64,000 nt of DNA from Chlorobiota bacterium (GCA_016788565.1 JAEUSP010000097.1:6262-70261); one strand, 5' to 3'. Shown: positions 26,007 to 36,304, numbered from the stretch's first letter. Numbers and translations: made by a program. The notes: a model not told the origin generated them from the letters alone.

Positions 26007-27791
26007 TTAGCGTGTCCCCATCACAATCGTTCCTTTGATGATTGCGGTATCGCGAAGGTATTCCACCTCCACTTCCTGCTTCGGCTTGAATTGACCCAAG
26101 GCATCGGTGTAATCATAGACGTTGGCGATTTCTTTTCCCCCCAATTTCATTATCACATCGCCCGCCTTCAGCCCTGCTTTTGCGGCTGGGCCGCCGTCGC
26201 TAACGCCGCTTAACCGCAATCCTTTTCCTTCAAATGCGTAGTCGGGAATGGTTCCAACGTACACCCGGAAACCGCTTCCAGAACGTGGAGTTTGGGTGAC
26301 TTGGGCTTTGGAAAAAGCTGGGCGTTCGGCCATCCCATCCACCGCCGAAATGTTCTGGGCAACGAACTCAACAATCTGCTTCAGCCCGGGATAATTCACT
26401 TTTTCCCAAGTGTCGCTTGGGCGGTGGTAATCCTTGTGGAGGTTGGTGAAAAAGAAGAGCACCGGAATATCCTTGGCATAAAAACTGGAGTGGTCGCTTG
26501 GGCCAAAACCATCTTGAACCAATTTCAGCGAGAAGCGGTTTTGGTTCAGCCGTTTCACCAATGGCTCCCACTCGGGTGAGGTTCCTATCCCGTGCATCAC
26601 CAGCGTGTTGCTATCTAACCTTCCGATCATGTCCATGTTCAGCATTGCCACCACGTTTTGCACAGGGTAGGGGAAGTTGGCGACCAGCGCTGCCGACCCC
26701 AGCAGCCCTTCTTCTTCGGCATTGAACCCGCAGAAAACCAGCGTCCGTTTGTTCCCACCTTTTTTGGCGAAGTACTCCGCAAGTGCCAGCACTCCGGCGG
26801 TTCCGCTGGCGTTGTCGTCGGCACCGTGGTGGATTGCCGAATCGTGGTTGTGTGCCAGCGACCCTTCGCCCCCCCATCCCAAATGGTCGAAGTGGCCGCC
26901 GATGACGATGACCTCATCTTTCAGCTTTGGGTCGGTTCCTGGCAACACGCCAATCACGTTCGGGATGCTGTCGCGGTTGATGCGAAGGTCCACATTCAAC
27001 TGCACCTGCCAGCCGGAAATCGGGAAGGAGTTGGGGCGTTTCAGCGAGTCAATCTGCAGTTGCACCTGCGTCAGCGTTTGCTCCTGCGGGTCGCGTGCGC
27101 CATCAAGCATACTGCTCAACGCAAACATTGCTGGCATTCCAAAATTGCCGCTGTTCCGCTCCAGCATCAGCGGGAACAGTTTTGCTTCCTCGTTCGGTTG
27201 ATTGATAAAAATAATCGCTGCCGCGCCGTTGCTTCGCGCCGCCCGAATTTTTGCCATGAACGACATGTGGTCGGCAAAACTGCTGTGGGGGTTGTTTCCG
27301 TCGGGACCGTAGCGCATGGCCACCACAATTTTGCCGTTGACGTTCACGCCGGCGTAGTCATCATACTTTGCTTCGGGGTTGGTGATGCCGTAGCCAACAA
27401 ACACCAAATCGCCGTTTGCTTCACCAACGGAGCTAAAGCCCATTGGGTTGAACTGGGTGCCAATTGTTAGCGGACGCACGCCGTTTGCGTTCAGCACCAG
27501 CAGCTGGGTTTTGTCGCCAAGTTCCACGCCACTGGTGTAGCCAAATCGGTGGAAGTAGTTCTGCAATCCTGGCGCGTTTTTCAGCCCAACAGCGCGGAAA
27601 CGTTCGGCAAGGAACTCCGCCGCTTTCAGGTTTGCTGGCGTTGCGGCGCGGCGGCCTTCCAGCATGTCGCTGGCAAGGTATTTCACGTCCTCACGAAGTT
27701 TCTGCTCCGAAATGCTTTGTGCCAGGGAACGGTTGGTCGCAACAATGCTAACCAGCATTGCAACCAACGTGAGCATAGTTCTATTCTGCAT
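26007..27791 (-). CDS. M28-family zinc aminopeptidase with a PA domain and a C-terminal PDZ domain
   Basis: Motifs HFDHLG, GADDNASGTAGVLALAE, NAEEEGLLGS and PSDH, with a PDZ-like GLKAGDVIMKLGG. The start at Met 27791 gives the signal peptide MQNRTMLTLVAMLVSIVATNRSLAQ. The listed 698-aa ORF extends upstream over bcp in another frame. Confidence 0.85.
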   Translation of the reverse strand: MQNRTMLTLVAMLVSIVATNRSLAQSISEQKLREDVKYLASDMLEGRRAATPANLKAAEFLAERFRAVGLKNAPGLQNYFHRFGYTSGVELGDKTQLLVLNANGVRPLTIGTQFNPMGFSSVGEANGDLVFVGYGITNPEAKYDDYAGVNVNGKIVVAMRYGPDGNNPHSSFADHMSFMAKIRAARSNGAAAIIFINQPNEEAKLFPLMLERNSGNFGMPAMFALSSMLDGARDPQEQTLTQVQLQIDSLKRPNSFPISGWQVQLNVDLRINRDSIPNVIGVLPGTDPKLKDEVIVIGGHFDHLGWGGEGSLAHNHDSAIHHGADDNASGTAGVLALAEYFAKKGGNKRTLVFCGFNAEEEGLLGSAALVANFPYPVQNVVAMLNMDMIGRLDSNTLVMHGIGTSPEWEPLVKRLNQNRFSLKLVQDGFGPSDHSSFYAKDIPVLFFFTNLHKDYHRPSDTWEKVNYPGLKQIVEFVAQNISAVDGMAERPAFSKAQVTQTPRSGSGFRVYVGTIPDYAFEGKGLRLSGVSDGGPAAKAGLKAGDVIMKLGGKEIANVYDYTDALGQFKPKQEVEVEYLRDTAIIKGTIVMGTR

Positions 27792-27807
27792 GGATATCAA
27801 GCGATGA

Positions 27808-28263
27808 TTACTCATTGGTTGTGGTTGCCAAAATTTCTTCCAGCACTTCAACTGCGTGTGCAGCAACGTGAACTTGCTCCCAGACTTTGCTGATGGCCCC
27901 TTGCTTGTTGATGAGGTAGGTGACACGCTTCGGCCAGCGGTTGTTGATCGGCACTTGGTAGGCTGCGCAGATCGCGCCGTCGGTATCAACCAGCAGCGGA
28001 AAGTTGAGGTTGTACTTGTGCGTGAAGGCTTGGTGGGCCGTTTGGTCGTCCAAGCTGATGCCGAAGATGGCGGTATCGGAAGCGTCGTACTCCGGTTTTG
28101 CATCGCGAAAACCGCAGGCTTCGCGGGTGCAGCCGGGGGTGTCGTCTTCGGGATAGAAGAAGAGCACCACGTTCTTCAACCCGTGAAAACTGCTAAGCGT
28201 GACAACCGTTCCATCGGTGGTGGTTGCGGTAAAATCTGGAGCAGGAATCCCTTCTGGTAACAT
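27808..28263 (-). CDS. bcp: Thiol peroxidase / peroxiredoxin, Bcp type
   Basis: FFYPEDDTPGCTREACGFRD contains the peroxidatic Cys motif. The start at Met 28263 gives a typical ~151-aa Bcp. Confidence 0.9.
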   Translation of the reverse strand: MLPEGIPAPDFTATTTDGTVVTLSSFHGLKNVVLFFYPEDDTPGCTREACGFRDAKPEYDASDTAIFGISLDDQTAHQAFTHKYNLNFPLLVDTDGAICAAYQVPINNRWPKRVTYLINKQGAISKVWEQVHVAAHAVEVLEEILATTTNE

Positions 28264-28460
28264 TTGACTTTGCTGAATGTAGGTTTGCTGTAAGTTCGTG
28301 GGCAGCCGTGCTGCAAGGAAGGGGAAGGAAGGCTGAAAATTTCCTCCGCGAAAGTAGCCACTACCGAACTTCGGCAAAACGCCGCAACCCCACCGGCCAC
28401 GAACTGCAACAACTGAGCAAGGGTTACAACCAACCGGAAAAACGTCGGTCAGGTAGGATT

Positions 28461-28845
28461 GGAGGTTAGTGGTTCGTGGTCAGTGGTTCGTGGTCAGTGG
28501 TTAGTGGCAAAGAAAGAGATCAGTGGCCCGTAGCAGATTTCCAACAAAGTGGAGGTCAGTGGTTCGTGGTCAGTGGTCAGTGGCAAAGAAAGAGACCAGA
28601 AGCCCGTAGCAGATTTCCAACAAAGTGGAGGTCAGTGGTTCGTGGTCAGTGGTCAGTGGCAAAGAAAGAGATCAGTGGACCCGGAGCATCCTTCCAACAA
28701 CTGACAACTGGCAACTGACAACTGGCAACTGACAACTGACAACTGACAACTGGCAACTGACAACTGGCAACTGACAACCAACTCCCGATCCCCCACAACC
28801 GATTCCCGACAACCGATTCCCGACAACCGATTCCCGACTCCCGAT
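28461..28845. repeat. Composite repeat region filling the bcp/A2M intergenic space: 76-nt tandem repeat x3, a GTCAGTGG arm, a (CAACTGRC)x10 arm, and (GACAACCGATTCCC)x3
   Basis: The 76-nt units lie at 28461-28550 (with a 14-nt internal duplication), 28551-28626 and 28627-~28700. The octamer array lies at 28698-28778. The 14-mers lie at 28794-28835 and end 10 nt before the ATG at 28846. Confidence 0.85.
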
Positions 28846-31800
28846 ATGAAAACAACCACATTCAGCCACTGGCTGCTTCTTCTTTCACCGCTCCTTTTTG
28901 CCTTCACCATACCAATGGACGACGACAACTTCAACTTCTACCTCTCCACCGAGCGGGTGTTTAGCCCAACCGAGGGGGGGATCAGCGTTAGCCTAAGCGG
29001 GCAGATGCAGAAATCCACCACCTTCCAGTTCAAAGCCTACCGGATTACCGATCCGGTGGAGTTTTTCCTTGCACAGAAAGACCCGCACACGCTGGACTTG
29101 GGGGATGATGACGACACCACCGCACAATCCAAACGCCGCCGCCCGGTTTGGAGCAAGTACAAGGTGGCTGCCGAGTGGGAGCAAACCATCAAAGCCACCA
29201 AGTACCGGTGGTTCAACGAAACCGTGAAGGCTCCTGTTCGGGAAAGCGGGGTCTATCTGGTGGTGGCCACCGCCCGCGACAAGCAAGCCGCAGCCGTGCT
29301 GATCCTGAGCAATCTTGGAATGGTGACAAAGCAGGCCGACGGAACCGCCCTTGCCTTTGTGATGAACCGCGCCAACGGCCAACGCGAAACCGACGTTCCG
29401 CTCACCTTCATGCGGGGCGGCGCAACGCTGGCAACCAGCAACACCGGGGCCAGCGGCATGGCACAAATCACCGTTCCTGACCTTCCCGAAAAAAACGACG
29501 GCGACGATGAACCCTACTACTGGCGGTACGGCAACGGCCTTGTGGTGATGGGCCAAAAAAATGGGGAGTTCGTTATCTCCGATTCCTACTTCTACGGCTA
29601 CCGCCGTGGCAGCAACAACGTCCAAACCTATCTGCACACCGACCGCCCCGTCTATCGCCCGGCGCAGAAAGTCTATTACCGTGGCATTGCCCGCCAAGTA
29701 CTGCCCGACGGCACGTTCAAGCTAATCACCAACGACACCGTGCAGATTGAGGTGAACGACGCACGCGGGACCACCATCAAGCGCGACACGCTGACCCTGA
29801 GCGATTTCGGCACCTTCAGCGGCGAACTGATGTTGGGGGATGAACCGCCGCTGGGAAGCTACGCCATCCGCACCAACATCAACGGCTCCGAGGGCTACTT
29901 CGATTTCCAGGTGCAGGAGTACAAGAAGCCGGAGTACGAAGTGACCGTCACGGCCGACAAAGCCCAATACACCCGTGGTGATAAACTTACCGCCACCGTG
30001 AAGGCCGATTACTACTTCGGTTCCCCCGTTGCCGAAGGTGAGGTGGAGTACCGCATTTACCGGGCGCGCTACTGGCGGCCCTGGTGGTACCGGACCGAGT
30101 GGGCCTACCTCTACGACGAAAAAATGATGCTCCCGCAGTACGGGATGGAGATGATCCACAACGGCAGCGGCACGCTGAACGACGACGGAACTTTCACCAT
30201 TGACTACACCACCGACGGCAAGGCAACCGAGGATTACATCTACCAGGTGCAGGCCACCGTGGTGGACGCAAGCCGCCGCGCAATCAGCGGTTCGGCCGGG
30301 GTGAAGGTGACCCGGGGTGAATTCTTCATCACCACCCGCACCGACAAGTACCTCTACAAACCAAACGATGAAATTGCCCTCACCGTCCAGATCAACACGT
30401 TCGATGGGGATAAGCCAATAGCAACGGGATTCAAAGCCCGCGTGCTGCGGACTTGGTGGGAACCACGCAAACGCGGGGGAAGCAGCGACCGCCGCGAGGA
30501 AACAATCTGGACCGGAAGCGGCTCCACCGGAAGCGATGGCAGCGGGGTGATCCGCATCCCTGCTGGCAAATCTGGCTACTACAACCTTGAAGTGGAAGCC
30601 GCCGACAGCCGCGGCACCACGATCACCGAGACCAGCTACATCTACGTTGCCGAGGAAGGCTACGCATGGTACAACGACGGCTCCAGCGACATCCAAATCA
30701 TCCCCGATAAGGACCTCTACAAACCCGGCGAAACCATGAGCGCGCTGGTGGTGATGCCCGCCGAAAACATTGACGTTCTGGTGACAGGCGAAGGCCCAAC
30801 CATCTACGGTGCGCAGGTGGAGCGGCTGAACGGACGCTCGGCAATCGTGCGGATGAAGATTGAAGAGCGGCAAGCCCCAGTCTTCTACCTTGCCGTTAGC
30901 TCCATTGCCAACGACCAATTCTACAGCCACCAGCAGCGGATCACCGTTGCCCCGGTTGGGAAACGGCTGCGGATTGAGGTGAAAACCGACAAACCCCAGT
31001 ACAAGCCCGGGGAAACCGGAACCGTCACCCTACGCGCACGCAACGAACAGGGTGAACCTGCGGCCATGACCGACATCGCCCTGGGAATTGTTGATGAAGC
31101 GATCTACGCAATCCGCCCGGAATCAGCCCCCGATATTCAAAAATTCTTCTACGGCGACCGTGGAAACCAGGTGAGCACAAACACCTCACTCTATTTCCGC
31201 TTCTCCACAAGGTCTGTTTTTAAATCTGTGGCACTTTCAGAGGCCAGTAGCGACTCAATGGGAATTCTCGGTGGCAGGGTAGCAGAATCCGCCCCGATGA
31301 TGGCCAAACGCAATGGTGGTGGCGACGGCGAATCCGAAGCCTACGTTCAGCCAACGCTCCGCAAGGATTTCCAGGACTTGATGTTCTGGACTCCATCGGT
31401 CCGCACCGATGCTTCGGGGCGCGCAACGCTCACCGTAAAATTTCCCGACAACCTGACAACCTGGCGCATCACCGCTCGCGGCGTGACGCAGGCGACAGCC
31501 GTTGGCCAAACCACTACTGAAGTGATTGCCCGCAAGGAGTTGCTGGCGCGGATGGAAACCCCACGCTTCATCACCAGCGGCGACCGGCTGATGATTGCAA
31601 CCACCATCCACAACTACTTGGCCACCGAAAAACGGACCAAAGTGGAGTTCCTTGTTGAAGGGGTTGTGGCCAAAGAACGCGAACGCACCGTGATGATTCC
31701 CGCCAACGGCGAAACCCGAATTGACTGGGAAATCACCGCGCCAAAAGCTGGCGAAGCAAAGCTGACCGTGCGCGCACTGACCGACGAAGAATCGGACGCA

Positions 31801-33516
31801 ATGGAGCTGAAAGTGCCGGTGCTTCCGTTGGGGATCAAGCAAGCGGTGGCCGGCATTGCCGACCTTGACGACCGCACACCAAACGGGACAATCAACCTGC
31901 TGCTTCCCCCCAATGCCGACCCAACAACGGGCGAACTGACGCTGAGTCTTTCACCCTCGCCGGCAAGCTCGCTGCTTGGCGCGTTGGATGACCTGATCGG
32001 CTATCCCTACGGCTGCGTTGAGCAAACCATGAGCCGGTTTCTTCCAACAGTGGTGGTGGCCGATGCCCTGAAAAAATTGGATGTTCCGTTCGATGCCAAA
32101 AAGCGGGAAGAGCTTCCAAAAATGGTGGCCAAAGGGCTGAACCGCCTGTACGAACTTCAACACAGCGACGGCGGGTGGGGCTGGTGGGAGAACGACAAAA
32201 CCAACGCGTTTATGACCGCCTACGTGATCTACGGCATGGCAATCGCGGCGGAATCTGGCTACGATGTTGAATCGCGCCGGCTTGAACGTGGGAACGAATC
32301 GCTTCAGCAAATGATTGCCAGCAACGACAGTCCCGACGACAAAACCATTGACCCCACCACCCGGGCATGGATGCTGTACGTTGCGGCCATGCAAAGCGGA
32401 ACGGAAGGGGACCTGAAAAACCGCATTGAAAAACTTGCCCGCCGCAACGATCTGAACAACTACGCCCGCGCACTGCTGGCGTTGGCCGCAACGCACCAGG
32501 GGGCAACCGCGGTGGCGGGGAAGATGGTTTCGCAGCTGGAGAAAAACGTTACGCAAACCCAAACCGGAGCGTTCTGGAAAGGGACAACGTGGCACTACAA
32601 CTGGCAAGATGACCAAGTGGAAACCACCGCGTGGGTGCTGAAAGCAATGCTGCAACTGCGTGGCGAAACCGACCTAACCCGCAAGGCAACCCGCTGGCTG
32701 CTGACCCAGAAGCAAGGCTCATCGTGGGGGAACACGCGGCAAACCGCAATGGTGGTGTTCGCCTTGGCCGACCACCTGAAATCCACAAACCAGTTGGACC
32801 CCGACATGACGATTACTGCACAGGTGAACGGCAAGCAGGTGGCAAGCCAACGGATCACAAAGGGTGATCTGTTCAAGGAGGAGATCAAAATCACGGTTCC
32901 GGCATCGGGGTTAAACAAAGGGGAGAACCGTGTGGAGATTACCCGATCGGGCAGGGGAACGCTGTACGCCACGGCGCGCCTAAGCTACTACGCCACCGGC
33001 AGCGCAATCAAGCCCGCCGATGCAGGCTTTGCGGTGAAGCGTGAGTATTGGACGCTGGAGCGGGTGCGCGACGGGAAGAAATACATCTACAAAAAACGCC
33101 CCTTCAACGGCACGGTGAAAAGTGGGGAGGAGCTGTTCGTGAAAGTGACGGTGGTCCCGAACGCGGCCTACGATTACTTCATGCTGGAGGACCCACTGCC
33201 AGCCGGTTGCGAAGTGATTACCGAAACCAGCGGCTACGAAATCCCCGGCGAAAACGGCTACGGCGGAAACGACGATGGTGGCGGCTACCGCCCCTGGCGG
33301 CGCAGCTGGAACTGGTGGTATGCCGACCGTGACGTGCGCGATGAAAAAGTGAGTTTCTTCAGCACACGGATCGAGGGACAGGAATATGAGTTCAGCTACA
33401 TCCTGCGTGCCCAAATTCCCGGCAGCTATGCAGTAATGCCCGCCGTTGGCGCGCTGATGTACTACCCCGAAGTCCGCGGCAACAGCGGCGTGGTGAATGT
33501 GAAGATTGAGGGGTAG
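28846..33516 (+). CDS. Bacterial alpha-2-macroglobulin family protein with an intact thioester motif
   Basis: 1556 aa with a signal peptide, MG-domain-like repeats, the thioester site YGCVEQTMSRF, and an alpha-helical TED region. Confidence 0.9.
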   Translation: MKTTTFSHWLLLLSPLLFAFTIPMDDDNFNFYLSTERVFSPTEGGISVSLSGQMQKSTTFQFKAYRITDPVEFFLAQKDPHTLDLGDDDDTTAQSKRRRPVWSKYKVAAEWEQTIKATKYRWFNETVKAPVRESGVYLVVATARDKQAAAVLILSNLGMVTKQADGTALAFVMNRANGQRETDVPLTFMRGGATLATSNTGASGMAQITVPDLPEKNDGDDEPYYWRYGNGLVVMGQKNGEFVISDSYFYGYRRGSNNVQTYLHTDRPVYRPAQKVYYRGIARQVLPDGTFKLITNDTVQIEVNDARGTTIKRDTLTLSDFGTFSGELMLGDEPPLGSYAIRTNINGSEGYFDFQVQEYKKPEYEVTVTADKAQYTRGDKLTATVKADYYFGSPVAEGEVEYRIYRARYWRPWWYRTEWAYLYDEKMMLPQYGMEMIHNGSGTLNDDGTFTIDYTTDGKATEDYIYQVQATVVDASRRAISGSAGVKVTRGEFFITTRTDKYLYKPNDEIALTVQINTFDGDKPIATGFKARVLRTWWEPRKRGGSSDRREETIWTGSGSTGSDGSGVIRIPAGKSGYYNLEVEAADSRGTTITETSYIYVAEEGYAWYNDGSSDIQIIPDKDLYKPGETMSALVVMPAENIDVLVTGEGPTIYGAQVERLNGRSAIVRMKIEERQAPVFYLAVSSIANDQFYSHQQRITVAPVGKRLRIEVKTDKPQYKPGETGTVTLRARNEQGEPAAMTDIALGIVDEAIYAIRPESAPDIQKFFYGDRGNQVSTNTSLYFRFSTRSVFKSVALSEASSDSMGILGGRVAESAPMMAKRNGGGDGESEAYVQPTLRKDFQDLMFWTPSVRTDASGRATLTVKFPDNLTTWRITARGVTQATAVGQTTTEVIARKELLARMETPRFITSGDRLMIATTIHNYLATEKRTKVEFLVEGVVAKERERTVMIPANGETRIDWEITAPKAGEAKLTVRALTDEESDAMELKVPVLPLGIKQAVAGIADLDDRTPNGTINLLLPPNADPTTGELTLSLSPSPASSLLGALDDLIGYPYGCVEQTMSRFLPTVVVADALKKLDVPFDAKKREELPKMVAKGLNRLYELQHSDGGWGWWENDKTNAFMTAYVIYGMAIAAESGYDVESRRLERGNESLQQMIASNDSPDDKTIDPTTRAWMLYVAAMQSGTEGDLKNRIEKLARRNDLNNYARALLALAATHQGATAVAGKMVSQLEKNVTQTQTGAFWKGTTWHYNWQDDQVETTAWVLKAMLQLRGETDLTRKATRWLLTQKQGSSWGNTRQTAMVVFALADHLKSTNQLDPDMTITAQVNGKQVASQRITKGDLFKEEIKITVPASGLNKGENRVEITRSGRGTLYATARLSYYATGSAIKPADAGFAVKREYWTLERVRDGKKYIYKKRPFNGTVKSGEELFVKVTVVPNAAYDYFMLEDPLPAGCEVITETSGYEIPGENGYGGNDDGGGYRPWRRSWNWWYADRDVRDEKVSFFSTRIEGQEYEFSYILRAQIPGSYAVMPAVGALMYYPEVRGNSGVVNVKIEG

Positions 33517-33530
33517 CAGGCCAATTGTTC

Positions 33531-33597
33531 GGTGAAGAATGAGCGGAGCGCCGGGTTCGGTGGCTCCGCTCATTGTTCGACGGGATCACTCAGCTAT
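33531..33597 (-). repeat. REP-like element (inverted copy) forming a hairpin between convergent genes
   Basis: Its reverse complement, GCTGAGTGATCCCGTCGAACAATGAGCGGAGCCACCGAACC, matches the 12.0-12.2 kb copies. GAGCGGAGC (33541-33549) and GCTCCGCTC (33563-33571) form a 9-bp stem. It may act as a bidirectional terminator. Confidence 0.6.
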
Positions 33598-35081
33598 TTC
33601 ACCACTGCAAGTATTTTTTCGGCAGCTTCTTTTCCGGTTGCTGCCGCGCCTTCCATAAACCCTTGAAAATCGTAGCTGCAATGCTCTCCAGCAAAAAAAA
33701 GATTTCCCACCGGCATTTTTTCTGCACCCGCAAACGCTGTCCATTGCCCCGGTTTGTAGCAGCTGTAACTCCCCAAAGCAAAACGATTGCTTGGCCAGTG
33801 GAATCGCTCAGTATTTCCATTTAATTGGGCGGTAAATCCTGGGAATATCTTCTCCACACCCGGCAATAATCTTTTGGCCTGAAACTCCGCTGTTCCCTCT
33901 CCCACAGTAATTCCCGCATTGCCGCCGCTGAACATGGTAAATCCACCCGCGCTTCCGGGCTGAAGCTGGCTGTTATCCCATCCCATTTGCACTGCTTCAT
34001 CGGTGAAGCAATATCCCGCAAACCCTTGTTCACGCCACGGGCGGCTGTTTAGGCCAACCATTAATTTTGCGTTGGTCCCGTAGCCAAGTTCGGCAATGGC
34101 GCGACGTTTCACTGCTGGAAGGTTCAGCTTGGAAAGATCAACAGAGCGAAGAACGCTGAAGGGAAGCGTGAGCAACACAATATCTGCATGAACTTCTTTC
34201 GCCCCGCCGTTTCCTTGTTGAAAAGATAGAGTAAAGCGATTGCTACCCTCTGGCCGAATTGCCTCCAACGTCTGCCCTGTTGTGATGTGGTCGGCAAGGC
34301 GCGCCGCGATTGCATCCGGCACACGCTGGTTTCCCCCTTGCACTTTGAACCGTTCATCGCTTGCGCCAAAAATTGCAAATGTATTTTCTGCTGGAGTAAG
34401 ATCGGCACCGATTAACAGCAGAAAATTAATTGCTGATTGCTGGTCAAGCTCCAACCCATACTCGGTGATGTAGGCCACCTCCAACAGTTTCCGCAGCCGC
34501 CCGGTTGCCCCGATTGCCGACAGGTAATCGCCAATGGATTGATTGTCCAAATCACGCCCTTCAGTGTGCTGAAAATCAACCACTTCTGGCAGCAAGTCGT
34601 AGTCTTGTTGAATGCGTGCAACAAGTGGCTTGAAATCAGCAATAACCTCAGCTTCTGAATAAATACCTCCGTTAAAATAAAATAGCTCATGCACCAAACT
34701 AGATTCGCTTTCTTGCTGAGTATCCAGCAGCGGCAATTCAAATTCTTTAATCAGCCGAAGCATTTCGGTGTGAGTGCTGTCAATAAATTCGCCACCTAAT
34801 TCGGTGGTTAATCCCGGAGCCATAATGTTCTTGGCCGTAAATATCCGCCCGCCGGTGCGCTCGCTTGCTTCAAAAATTGCTGGTGTAATTCCTGCTTGGC
34901 GTAATTCCCACGCCGCGCTTAATCCGGCCATGCCTGCACCAATAATTGCCACGCGCACATTTGTGCCGGCTGCTTGCAAGGTTCGGCAAGCTGGAAGCAT
35001 TGCTCCGGCCCCGAGCGCGGCAGTAGCAATTCCCGCATTTTTAATAAACTGGCGGCGCGTCTGCTGAAACTGGTCCCGCAT
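33594..35081 (-). CDS. Tat-exported FAD-dependent amine oxidase family protein
   Basis: Twin-arginine signal QTRRQFIKNAGIATAALGAGAM and FAD-binding fold VAIIGAGMAGLSAAWEL. The start at Met 35081 was chosen; the listed ORF begins 44 codons upstream. Confidence 0.85.
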   Translation of the reverse strand: MRDQFQQTRRQFIKNAGIATAALGAGAMLPACRTLQAAGTNVRVAIIGAGMAGLSAAWELRQAGITPAIFEASERTGGRIFTAKNIMAPGLTTELGGEFIDSTHTEMLRLIKEFELPLLDTQQESESSLVHELFYFNGGIYSEAEVIADFKPLVARIQQDYDLLPEVVDFQHTEGRDLDNQSIGDYLSAIGATGRLRKLLEVAYITEYGLELDQQSAINFLLLIGADLTPAENTFAIFGASDERFKVQGGNQRVPDAIAARLADHITTGQTLEAIRPEGSNRFTLSFQQGNGGAKEVHADIVLLTLPFSVLRSVDLSKLNLPAVKRRAIAELGYGTNAKLMVGLNSRPWREQGFAGYCFTDEAVQMGWDNSQLQPGSAGGFTMFSGGNAGITVGEGTAEFQAKRLLPGVEKIFPGFTAQLNGNTERFHWPSNRFALGSYSCYKPGQWTAFAGAEKMPVGNLFFAGEHCSYDFQGFMEGAAATGKEAAEKILAVVK

Positions 35082-35302
35082 TTCAATTACTTCATCCGCT
35101 GGTGGTGAATTTGGAGTTAGCGAGCAGGCAGCGGTGCGAATAATTCGGCGCAGCAGATCGAATAGTGGGGTGTGAGCAGCTTTGGCGGCGGATGGTCGCA
35201 GGCGTTTTGGCATGGTTGATTGTGGAAAAAAAGTCAGTAATTGATTATCTGTGATCGGCTGTGCAAAAGGTGAGTGAAGTTTGGATTTTCGCTACGGAGG
35301 TA

Positions 35303-36304
35303 TCACCACCCCATCGGATTTTTTGTTGCCGAAATTTCCTGCAATTGTTCGCGCAGGTAGCGGATTTCGCCACGCCAGTATTCGGTGGTTCCCCAGCCGG
35401 CTGCAATGCGTGCAACGTTGGCATCGCGGGCTTGCGCAACTAACCATGCCGTAAAATGGATATACCGCATTCCACGTAACGCCTCAATCATCCGTACAGT
35501 TCGCCGATCGAATGTTCGGAACGTTTCGTAGCCTTCAATAAATAAATCAATTTCCAGCAGCGAAGCACGGCTGTAATCTGGCAACAGCATCCAGAAATCT
35601 TGCACCACTGGCCCAACGGCCATGTCGTCGAAATCAATCACGTAAAATGACTCGCCGGGGCGGTGGACGATATTTCCACGGTGCAAATCGCCGTGAATGC
35701 GGATTGCCTCGGCTCCCTTAAATAATGGTGTTGCTGCCGCAATAATTTCTTCGGCTGCCAACTGATATTCGCGGTGAAACGATTGCGGAAGCAGCTCGCT
35801 GTTCAAAATCATGGATAAATGCGCCTGCGTTGATTCCGTTGGGGAAATAGTGATGCGGTCGCGCGGGGGGTGCATGGCTCCAACGCGGTGAATCCGCGCA
35901 AGTAATCGCCCAAATTCTTCCCATTGCTCGTCCTGAAATTCGTCGCAAGCCCGGCCAAGCCGTTTGGGAAATAGTGCAAAAAAAATCTCATCGGCTTCGC
36001 CAATCGTCTTCCCATTTTCCAGAAGCAATGGCGGAACAACAGGAATTTCACGTTCGGCCAATTCAAGCAAAAATTCATGCTCATCCAGCAATGCTGCATG
36101 GCTCCAACGTCCGGGGCGATAAAATTTTGCGATGACCCCTTCGCGTTCCTCCGTCTGAAGCTCGAAAACGCGATTGATGTAGCTGTTCAGCGGGCGGCAC
36201 ACCGAGCTAAGGCGGCGGCCAAGCGCAGTTTCGGCGTAGCCAAGCACGTGGTCCGGAGTCAGGCGGCTGAAGTCAGCGGCGGGGTTGGCAGTTTGTTTGT
36301 TCAT
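35303..36304 (-). CDS. SrkA/RdoA-like serine/threonine protein kinase (aminoglycoside-phosphotransferase fold)
   Basis: IHGDLHRGNIVHRPGESFYVIDFDDMAVGPVVQDFWMLLP closely mirrors the SrkA (YihE) catalytic region. Confidence 0.8.
   Translation of the reverse strand: MNKQTANPAADFSRLTPDHVLGYAETALGRRLSSVCRPLNSYINRVFELQTEEREGVIAKFYRPGRWSHAALLDEHEFLLELAEREIPVVPPLLLENGKTIGEADEIFFALFPKRLGRACDEFQDEQWEEFGRLLARIHRVGAMHPPRDRITISPTESTQAHLSMILNSELLPQSFHREYQLAAEEIIAAATPLFKGAEAIRIHGDLHRGNIVHRPGESFYVIDFDDMAVGPVVQDFWMLLPDYSRASLLEIDLFIEGYETFRTFDRRTVRMIEALRGMRYIHFTAWLVAQARDANVARIAAGWGTTEYWRGEIRYLREQLQEISATKNPMGW

Noticed and set aside
27792-28103. N-terminal 104 codons of the listed 698-aa peptidase ORF
   Set aside because: This part overlaps bcp in another frame and has Ser/Thr/Pro-rich junk composition. 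A good signal peptide begins at the Met at 27791.
28461-28845. Possibility that the repeat arrays (3270-3620, 17508-17635, 28461-28845) are CRISPR arrays
   Set aside because: There are no unique spacers between the repeats. The units are 8, 14, 76 or 108 nt and directly abut each other, and the window contains no cas genes.
29722-30930. 402-aa ORF antisense to the alpha-2-macroglobulin gene
   Set aside because: It lies entirely inside a strongly supported plus-strand gene. Its translation is G/V/A/H-rich low-information sequence typical of antisense frames in GC-rich DNA, and it has no recognisable motif.
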